Positions 1 to 6,817 of a stretch of DNA of 11,886 nucleotides are shown here, in pieces (the first letter of the stretch is position 1; every line of letters starts with the position of its first letter). The notes beneath the pieces are model-generated. The model saw only the letters and a list, made by a program, of their open reading frames with translations. It did no database searches and was not told where the DNA came from. The DNA is taken from the NCBI GenBank assembly GCA_041736175.1, contig JBGSUI010000006.1, forward strand, positions 1 through 11,886, in the 5' to 3' direction. The position numbers and the translations under genes are program-made. Origin of the DNA: Oligoflexales bacterium (GTDB lineage: Bacteria; Bdellovibrionota_B; Oligoflexia; Oligoflexales; CAIYRB01).

Positions 1-344
1 ATCAGCTCCCTCCCCCTGTTTACGAAACCACATCATCCTATGCGAATTAATGCTCCTCACTAAGATCCTGTTATGAAACCTCAGTGACAGCATCATACCC
101 ATTATCAGCAGGGGAGTCGTTCACAGTACCCGGAACAGTAGGCTGGAGCTACGGGAGGTCTCGGGGCTGCTTTGATTATCATCACCAGCCGCTGGATGGG
201 TGCCTACAGTGAAACCCAAGAGTAACCCCGCCCCCTCAAGCCACGATCTTATTCCTTGTTGCTTAGCCACGTTGCTGAAAGGTAGACTGGAGTCGTCCCT
301 AAATCATGCGTACGCCCGTGGTTACTCATCTTAAGGAGAGGCAA

Positions 345-1922
345 ATGAAGACCAATTGGAAAGCCCCCAGGTGGCAAAGTCCGTCCCTCCAATGGCTCGC
401 TGCGGGATTCCTAAGCCTTCCGCTCCTCGCAGCTTGTGGAGCAAGAGACGAGCTGGTCCCCCCTTTTTCTCAAGGAGCCCTTCAGAGATCCCCTTCAGGA
501 TCCACCTTAGGATCACACGCGGCTTTTAACCATAACCACCCACCGGGACGTTCCTACCGCTACGTGAAGATCCCCAAATCCTGGGGTGCCCAGCTTTCAA
601 AAAAACAGTTTATCGTCGATCACAACCAAGACAGCGAGTATGTCTACGGATACCTCTTCGACTCCCACGGCCCCTCCCCCTTTAAAGTCCTTGCCGATCT
701 CCCGCCAGATTCAGAAGTCCTCGATGAATCCCTCGTGCAGACTCGCGGAATCAAGGGAATCCTCGAAAGGGGCGACCCTTCCGTGGACCAAGGAGACCTG
801 GCGGCAGGCTATCATAACTACACCCAACTCACCTCTTTCCTCGTGGAATCCCAAAAAGCGGCCGCGGATCTCGTCTCCCTTACGTCCATAGGCCAAAGCG
901 TCCAGGGCCGCGAGATTTGGATGGTAAAGATTTCCGACCATGTACAGCAAGACGAGCGCGAGCCTAAAGTCCTTTTGGTTGCCAATATGCATGGGGACGA
1001 AGTGGTGGGACGCGAACTTATGATCAACCTGGTGGAGCATTTGCTCGGCCAATACCAGAAAGACCTGGCGATCACTGATTTGATCAATCATAGCCAAATC
1101 TATATCATTCCGTCCATGAATCCCGATGGTTTTGAACTCAAACAACGGTTTAACGCGGATGGAGTCGACCTCAACCGGGATTTTCCGGATTTTACCAGCG
1201 ATCCAAACAACACACCGACGGGTCGCGCCCCAGAAACCCAATCCGTGATGAATCTGTTTAAGGAGCACCATTTTGTCGTGTCCTTTAACTTTCATGGTGG
1301 CGAAGTTTGCTTTAACCTCCCCTGGGATACCCAAGAAAATGGGACACCACGACTTAAGTTTGGAGATGACCCCCTGGTCAACCAATGGGGACGCAGCTAT
1401 GCGGATCTTAGCCCGACGATGAAAGCAAACTCGGGAGGGAGTTTTGATCGTGGGCTCACCTATGGATACGAATGGTACGAAGTGGACGGTGGCCTGCAGG
1501 ATTGGGCGATTCACTACCAAAATTCTATCCACTCAACCATCGAGCTAAGCTATGCCAAATGGCCTCCGGCCCGCCAGCTGCCCGCCTTTTGGAATGAAAA
1601 TCGAGAACCCATCCTCAGGCTCATCGGGCGCGCCCGGGAGGGGATTCATATCAATCTGACTGGCTCCTCCCAAGAAGATCCCCAAACCGCACACCCCCCA
1701 GAGGTCAGCCAAGCCACCATCACAGTCGCGGGCCTCAACCGCCCCCTCACCTATCAAACCCCGGTGATTCATCGCAATGCTCTGTCCTCCTCGCCTCCCA
1801 CTCTCCAGGTCGAGGTAACGATCAAAGCTCCGGGCTACAAACCGCTGACCACCTTGGTCCCATGGAAGGTGTTTAAAGGCCAATTTGACGCCGTCACACT
1901 GGTTCCTATAAACCAACCCTGA
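345..1922 (+). CDS. Lipoprotein zinc carboxypeptidase, peptidase M14, N/E (CPD/CPE-like, M14B) type
   Basis: Zn motif NMHGDEVVGRE, then SMNPDG, RFNADGVDLNRDFPD, FNFHGG (third Zn ligand), WYEVDGGLQDW and TIELS (catalytic Glu). Lipobox LAAC follows a hydrophobic stretch. ATG 345 is preferred over 306 because AAGGAG (333-338) precedes it. Confidence 0.9.
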   Translation: MKTNWKAPRWQSPSLQWLAAGFLSLPLLAACGARDELVPPFSQGALQRSPSGSTLGSHAAFNHNHPPGRSYRYVKIPKSWGAQLSKKQFIVDHNQDSEYVYGYLFDSHGPSPFKVLADLPPDSEVLDESLVQTRGIKGILERGDPSVDQGDLAAGYHNYTQLTSFLVESQKAAADLVSLTSIGQSVQGREIWMVKISDHVQQDEREPKVLLVANMHGDEVVGRELMINLVEHLLGQYQKDLAITDLINHSQIYIIPSMNPDGFELKQRFNADGVDLNRDFPDFTSDPNNTPTGRAPETQSVMNLFKEHHFVVSFNFHGGEVCFNLPWDTQENGTPRLKFGDDPLVNQWGRSYADLSPTMKANSGGSFDRGLTYGYEWYEVDGGLQDWAIHYQNSIHSTIELSYAKWPPARQLPAFWNENREPILRLIGRAREGIHINLTGSSQEDPQTAHPPEVSQATITVAGLNRPLTYQTPVIHRNALSSSPPTLQVEVTIKAPGYKPLTTLVPWKVFKGQFDAVTLVPINQP

Positions 1923-1938
1923 GATCTATCGACCTCGT

Positions 1939-2115
1939 TTAGACGCAGCGCCGAAGGATTTTAGTGTAGATGCTAAGTTGCGAAAGATCGCTGAATTTTA
2001 CGCCCCGAACCACTGTTGACGATGAGTAAGCTGCATGCTTCAGTCCGGCCTTCGTCAGGTTGGCTCTAGTCGGTTTGGCTGAATGCAGTAGAGCTCCCGT
2101 CAGGGAGCGGCCAGT
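1939..2115 (-). pseudogene. Start-less 3' remnant of a pentapeptide-repeat gene, paralogous to 4987..5946
   Basis: Minus-strand frame reads ...SLTGALLHSAKPTRANLTKAGLKHAAYSSSTVVRGVKFSDLSQLSIYTKILRRCV*. Positions 1972-2064 match 5047-5139 at 83/93 nt by hand alignment. An in-frame TAA lies immediately upstream (2116-2118) and there is no plausible start. Confidence 0.85.
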
Positions 2116-2238
2116 TTAACACCATACTTTAGCAACACAAGGCTAGGAACTAGGGGTCTTACCCAGCCCTTCGATGCGCAAGAATGAATGAAACAGAATC
2201 CGATTCAGAAGCATTTGGTCATGAATAGCAATACATCA

Positions 2239-4692
2239 CTATGATTGTAAGACGATTGTATGTGCTCCCCCGCCGGAGAGATGTACCCACGAGCTTAAAG
2301 ATCCCACTTGAACAGGGCTACTGCGGTCGGCCGTGTCCCCATGGCCTAGCTGGCCCTCAGTATTGACGCCAAAAGTCCATAGGGTACCATCCGTACGGCG
2401 AGTAAAAGTGTAGAAGAGTCCCCCCGCCACTTCACTCCAGGAGCTTAATGATCCCACTTGAACGGGGCTACTGCGGTTTGCCGTGTCCCCTAGGCCCAGC
2501 TGGCCGTTAGCGTTGCGGCCAAAAGTCCATAGGGTGCCGTCTGTGCGACGAAGAGCGGTGTGGTAAATTCCCCCAGCTACTTGAATCCAGGAGCTTAAAT
2601 TACCCACCTGAACGGGGCTACTGCAGTCTGCCGTGTCCCCTAGGCCCAGCTGACCGTCAGCGTTGCGACCAAAACTCCATAGGGTACCGTCTGCGCGACG
2701 CACAGTGGTGTGGTAAATTCCCCCAGCCACTTCACTCCAGGAGCTTAAAGAACCCACCTGGACAGGGCTACTGCGGTTAATCGTGTCGCCATGGCCCAGC
2801 AGTCCGTAGGAGTTAAGACCAAAAGTCCATAGAGTGCCGTCTGTGCGGCGCGCAGCGGTGTGGTAGGATCCCACCGCCACATCGATCCAGGAGCTTAATG
2901 AACCCACCTGCACGGGGCTACTGCGGTCCGTTGTCGACCCAAGACCCAGCTGGCCGTAAGAGTTCCCACCAAAAGTCCATAGGGTGCCGTCTGTGCGGCG
3001 CATAGCGGAGTGGTAGGCTCCCACCGCCACATCGATCCAGGAGCTTAACGAACCCACCTGCACGGGGCTACTGCGGTTTAACGTGTCGCCAAGTCCCAGC
3101 TGGCCCTGAGAGTTGCGGCCAAAAGTCCATAGGGTGCCGTCCTTGCTGCACGCAGCGGTGTGGTAGGCTCCCAACGCCACCTCACTCCAGGAGCTTAAAT
3201 TCCCCATCTGAACGGGGCTACTGCGGTTTAACGTGTCGCGCAGACCCAGCTGGCCGTAAGAGTTGCGGCCAAAAGTCCATAGGGTAAACCGGGTCGGACC
3301 AGTGCGGGCAAAGGTGTTGTAGCCATTCCCCGCCACCGCAACCCAGCAACTTAAAGTGCCAACTTGAACGGGGCTACTGCGGTTTACTGTATCCCCGAGA
3401 CCCAGCTGGCCATAATGATTTCGACCAAAGGACCATAGAGTGCCGTCTGAGCGGCGAGCAAATGAGCAGTTATCACCTCCCGCTAACCCAACCCAAGAAC
3501 TTAAATTGCCCACCTGATTGGGGGTATTGCGGTTTCCACCACTGCCTAGACCCAGCTGACCGTAATAGTTGAAGCCAAAAGCCCATAGAGTGCCGTCAGT
3601 TCGGGTAGCAAGAGAATGGGCAGATCCTCCGGCCAGCTCACTCCATGAGCTTAGAGTCCCCACCTGAACAGGGCTATTTCGGTCTACAATATCGCCAAGG
3701 CCCAATCGTCCGTAAGTGTTTATGCCAAAAGCCCATAGGGTGCCATCTGACTTGCGAAGGAGTGTGTGGGAATCTCCCCCTGCTATAGCACTCCACGAAC
3801 TTAAAGAACCCACCTGAACAGGACTACTGCGAAATGGCAGGCCACCTAAATAAAGCTGGCCAAAAGCCCACAGGGTGCCGTCTGTCCGGCGAGCTAGTGT
3901 AAAATTGCCTCCACCCGCCACATCGCACCAGGAGCTTAAGACTCCCACTTGGACAGGGCTACTGCGATTAGCATTGTTACCCAGTCCTAGCTGGCCAAAA
4001 CCGTTATCACCAAAAGCCCATAATGTACCGTCAGTGCGGAGCGCGGCGCAGTGAAAGGTTCCCCCTTCCACTTTACTCCAAGAGCTTAAAGATCCGACCT
4101 GAACAGGGCTACTGCGCATTACCGTGTTGCCAAGACCAAGCTGACCGTCACCGTTGCGACCACAAGTCCATAGTGTGCCGTCAGAGCGGCGCGCAGCAAA
4201 GTGATATCCTCCCGACGTCACTTCATTCCAAGAGCTCAAAGAACCCACCTGAATAGGACTACTTCGGTTTATAGTGTTCCCTTGACCCAGCTGTCCGTAA
4301 ATGTTGCGGCCAAAAGTCCAAAGTCCATAAATCTCAGGTACCTTTGGTGGCTTGCGCCTCATAAACAACAACCGGTTAGAAGCATACACGCTCTCGGTTA
4401 GCCCCGAAGTCCACGCCCCTAAAGCTGCCTTTGGGAAGGCACCGATAAAGTTTCGGCGTGATGAGCCTGTGACATCTGGGGGGAGAGGAGGGCCAGGATC
4501 TGGAGGCATTTCTACGTTGCTAGAAGATAAATCTGCATTCTGAGGCTTGCGGCTAAGGGCTTCTTTAGGCCGTCCGGAAGCCTCATGAGGCTTATTCAGC
4601 GGGAGTATGTCGTCCTGCTGGTGTTGCGGAGCATCGCAAGAGGTCTCGTCCTGGGGCGGATGAGAATCTGGATTTTCTGGTTTTTGGCTCAT
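2239..4692 (-). CDS. RCC1/BLIP-II repeat protein with 14 repeats (two 7-bladed beta-propellers), probably exported
   Basis: 14 copies of a ~50-aa unit GTLWxFGxNxxGQLGLGxTxNRSSPVQVGxLSSWxxVAGGxxHTxxRRxD. A Pro-rich low-complexity N-terminus precedes SRRNFI (aa 78-83). The start is uncertain; M62 at 4509 is an alternative. Confidence 0.9.
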   Translation of the reverse strand: MSQKPENPDSHPPQDETSCDAPQHQQDDILPLNKPHEASGRPKEALSRKPQNADLSSSNVEMPPDPGPPLPPDVTGSSRRNFIGAFPKAALGAWTSGLTESVYASNRLLFMRRKPPKVPEIYGLWTFGRNIYGQLGQGNTINRSSPIQVGSLSSWNEVTSGGYHFAARRSDGTLWTCGRNGDGQLGLGNTVMRSSPVQVGSLSSWSKVEGGTFHCAALRTDGTLWAFGDNGFGQLGLGNNANRSSPVQVGVLSSWCDVAGGGNFTLARRTDGTLWAFGQLYLGGLPFRSSPVQVGSLSSWSAIAGGDSHTLLRKSDGTLWAFGINTYGRLGLGDIVDRNSPVQVGTLSSWSELAGGSAHSLATRTDGTLWAFGFNYYGQLGLGSGGNRNTPNQVGNLSSWVGLAGGDNCSFARRSDGTLWSFGRNHYGQLGLGDTVNRSSPVQVGTLSCWVAVAGNGYNTFARTGPTRFTLWTFGRNSYGQLGLRDTLNRSSPVQMGNLSSWSEVALGAYHTAACSKDGTLWTFGRNSQGQLGLGDTLNRSSPVQVGSLSSWIDVAVGAYHSAMRRTDGTLWTFGGNSYGQLGLGSTTDRSSPVQVGSLSSWIDVAVGSYHTAARRTDGTLWTFGLNSYGLLGHGDTINRSSPVQVGSLSSWSEVAGGIYHTTVRRADGTLWSFGRNADGQLGLGDTADCSSPVQVGNLSSWIQVAGGIYHTALRRTDGTLWTFGRNANGQLGLGDTANRSSPVQVGSLSSWSEVAGGLFYTFTRRTDGTLWTFGVNTEGQLGHGDTADRSSPVQVGSLSSWVHLSGGGAHTIVLQS
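2242..4326 (-). repeat. Coding tandem repeat with a ~150-bp period (RCC1 blades)
   Basis: Motifs such as GGGCTACTGCGG, CCAAAAGTCCATAG and GAGCTTAA recur about every 150 bp. 2871-2927 and 3021-3077 differ at 1 of 57 nt. Confidence 0.95.
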
Positions 4693-4848
4693 GCAATATC
4701 GTTTCCAAAATTATAAGAAATAAAAAATCAGGTTTCTCTGGAGTGGTCTCTTACATTGACTGTATTCTCAGTTGGATTACAATTCTATTTTCTTTTTGAG
4801 TAATTCTGTAATCAGGAGACTAACATGCATTTTGTTGTGGAGTCAATA

Positions 4849-4982
4849 AGGGCATTCCGCACTGCCAGGGCGCAGCGCCGGCTGAAAGTCCTCTAGAACC
4901 CGCCCACAGACTCGGCTCGACGGCCTTAGCCGGCTAAGGCTGTTAACACAAGTCAGCCTTTCTTTATGGCATCGAATGCCCT
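4849..4982. repeat. 134-bp intergenic segment bounded by 9-bp inverted repeats, with an internal 18-bp perfect palindrome (MITE/REP-like or structured RNA)
   Basis: AGGGCATTC (4849-4857) is the reverse complement of GAATGCCCT (4974-4982). GCCTTAGCCGGCTAAGGC (4923-4940) is a perfect palindrome. Confidence 0.4.
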
Positions 4983-4986
4983 ATCG

Positions 4987-5946
4987 CTACTCCTCTAAGT
5001 TAGCACCACTGCATTTTAGAAGGATTTTAGTGTAATGGCTAAGTTTGCTAAGTCGCGAAATATCGCTGAATTTTACGCCCCGAACCACTGTTGACCATGA
5101 GAAAACTGCATGTATCAGCCGGGCCTGCGTCAGGTTGGCTCCGCTCAGGATGGCTCCCGTCAAGATGGCTTCCGTCAGGGTGGCATACGATAGGTCGGCT
5201 CCCGTTAGGTTGGCTCCGCTAAGGATGGCTTTCATCAGGTTGGCAAAGACCAGTTTAGCTTCCATCAGGTCGGCTCCCGTCAGGTTGGCCCATGCCAGGT
5301 TGGCGCCGCTGAGGTCGGCGGCTCGGAGGTCGGCGCCGCTGAGGTTGGCACTATTCAGATTGATATTCCTGAGAATGCAGCTATCGAGGGCGGCATTTTT
5401 GAGGTCTGCTTTAACGGCATCTATCTTTGTTTCTTTGCCAGCTTTGGGAAAAAAAATCGCAGGCATTGGACGAATCTCTGAAAATGCTGTCACTGCGCTT
5501 AGCATATTTGCTAAGGCAGAGATTTTTGACGCGTCAGCGATTTTTTGAAGCATAGGAAGGAGGTCTAAGGCTTGCTTGCCCCCGCTCCTGCATAGGTTAT
5601 CGACATCTGGATAGAAGATGAGGTCGTTATGGTCGGGATGACTCCGCTGCAGGTGGACGAAGGGAGGGTGCCCTAGGCCCAGCTTTTCAAAGTAAATGGT
5701 CGCGATGTCGTTGGAATCTCTCGAATCTTTGATCGAAAGATGCCCAAAAAAAGAAGCACTCTCCTTGGCCTCCTCAAAGGAGAGGATTAAGGTACCGAAG
5801 GATTGTTTATTAAGATTCGGTAGAACTTGATAAACCTTGGAGTTCCAAAAACCACTAACCGAGTTTACCCGTAACCATCCGAAGGTTTGGAAAATATGCA
5901 ATAGCTGTGCCAATCCACTTCGCCACCAGCAGCCTGCCTGAAGCAA
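4987..5946 (-). CDS. Pentapeptide-repeat protein with an uncharacterised N-terminal region; start uncertain, 5' end possibly degenerate
   Basis: 21 consecutive A(D/N/I)Lxx-type pentapeptides from ADLKN to AVFSW. The ORF opens on a TTG with no clear SD, and the first in-frame ATG is far downstream. Confidence 0.75.
   Translation of the reverse strand: MLQAGCWWRSGLAQLLHIFQTFGWLRVNSVSGFWNSKVYQVLPNLNKQSFGTLILSFEEAKESASFFGHLSIKDSRDSNDIATIYFEKLGLGHPPFVHLQRSHPDHNDLIFYPDVDNLCRSGGKQALDLLPMLQKIADASKISALANMLSAVTAFSEIRPMPAIFFPKAGKETKIDAVKADLKNAALDSCILRNINLNSANLSGADLRAADLSGANLAWANLTGADLMEAKLVFANLMKAILSGANLTGADLSYATLTEAILTGAILSGANLTQARLIHAVFSWSTVVRGVKFSDISRLSKLSHYTKILLKCSGANLEE
5095..5409 (-). repeat. Coding 15-bp-period repeat (pentapeptide repeats)
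   Basis: 315 nt equals 21 x 15 nt. CAGGTTGGC, AGGTCGGC and GGATGGCT recur on the + strand. Confidence 0.9.
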
Positions 5947-6098
5947 GATTGCGCCAGATGTTTTTTGCGAGCATTAGGATTTAGCGCAAAAAAAGTCACC
6001 GCCTCCATCTACCCATACGTTTAGGCGGAGAATGCTCGCTTCCAAAGGCAAAAGAATGGTATAAGCCCTTTTCTTGTGTCGCTTTTTGGGAGATCTCC

Positions 6099-6779
6099 GT
6101 GAAAAAAAGAACAGTCCTCGATCAAGCAACCACGCCAGACGGCAGTGTGATGGAGCTGGTGGAGCACGATAGCAACTACTCGATACGTATCAACGGAGTC
6201 GACCTGATGTCGACCCGGCAGCATTTTTCTGAAGAGAAATTAGCAGACTATGCCTGTGATCATCTCCAGTCACACCGTGAGCCACGGGTGCTGATCGGAG
6301 GCCTAGGGTTTGGCTACACCCTAAGAGCAGCCCTGAAACTTCTCCCTCCCAATGCCGAGGTTACCGTCGCCGAATTGGTACCCCAGGTGGTCTCCTGGAA
6401 TCAGAATCAAGCCTACCCCCTTGCTTGGGAGGCCCTCGCTGATCCCCGCGTCCAGGTGGTCCAAACCGATGTTTATTCATTGATTTCAAAGTCGAAAGCC
6501 GCCTTTGATGCCATCCTCCTCGATATCGACAATGGACCAGCAGCTCTTGTGACTGCAGGCAATCAAAACCTTTACCAAGAGATCGGCCTCCACCAGGTTA
6601 AGAGCGCCCTTTCTTTTGGCGGAAAAGTCGCCATCTGGTCAGGGTCGGATCAACCCAAGTTTTCCAAAATGATGGGCAAGGTCGGCTTTAAGGTCAACGT
6701 CCAAAGGTGTCGGGCCAATGGCTCTAAAGGAGGCTGGCACCGCATTTTTGTTGGCCAACGGGTCCGCGACCTCCACTAA
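6099..6779 (+). CDS. Spermidine-synthase-like class I SAM-dependent transferase (uncharacterised family)
   Basis: VLIGGLGFGYTL (SAM-binding glycine loop), VTVAEL (acidic residue after beta2) and FDAILLDIDNGP. GTG start with GGGAG SD at 6088-6092. Confidence 0.8.
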   Translation: MKKRTVLDQATTPDGSVMELVEHDSNYSIRINGVDLMSTRQHFSEEKLADYACDHLQSHREPRVLIGGLGFGYTLRAALKLLPPNAEVTVAELVPQVVSWNQNQAYPLAWEALADPRVQVVQTDVYSLISKSKAAFDAILLDIDNGPAALVTAGNQNLYQEIGLHQVKSALSFGGKVAIWSGSDQPKFSKMMGKVGFKVNVQRCRANGSKGGWHRIFVGQRVRDLH

Positions 6780-6817
6780 ACCCCACTTCTTTAAATATTA
6801 TGCCTTAGGAGTTACCT

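Noticed and set aside
1..120. Minus-strand frame open to the window edge (...MMWFRKQGEGAD)
   Set aside because: It could be the start of a divergent gene, but at 40 codons or fewer with no motif it cannot be supported.
711..1916. Minus-strand ORFs 711..1532, 818..1087 and 1545..1916, plus 331..516 and 586..891
   Set aside because: Shadow or alternative frames of the well-supported M14 gene, with no recognisable motifs.
1972..2064. Diversity-generating retroelement TR/VR pair (1972-2064 vs 5047-5139)
   Set aside because: Only 5 of 10 mismatches are at adenines of the remnant copy on the coding strand; 2 are at adenines of the gene copy and 3 involve no adenine. There are also indels, and no reverse transcriptase is in the window. 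Ordinary paralog decay fits better.
2242..4326. CRISPR array or non-coding repeat array
   Set aside because: The 150-bp period is fully in frame within one ORF, variation is codon-structured, and there are no unique spacers or cas genes.
5045..5548. 167-aa plus-strand ORF with RLAP/RSAP repeats
   Set aside because: Antisense mirror of the pentapeptide repeats.
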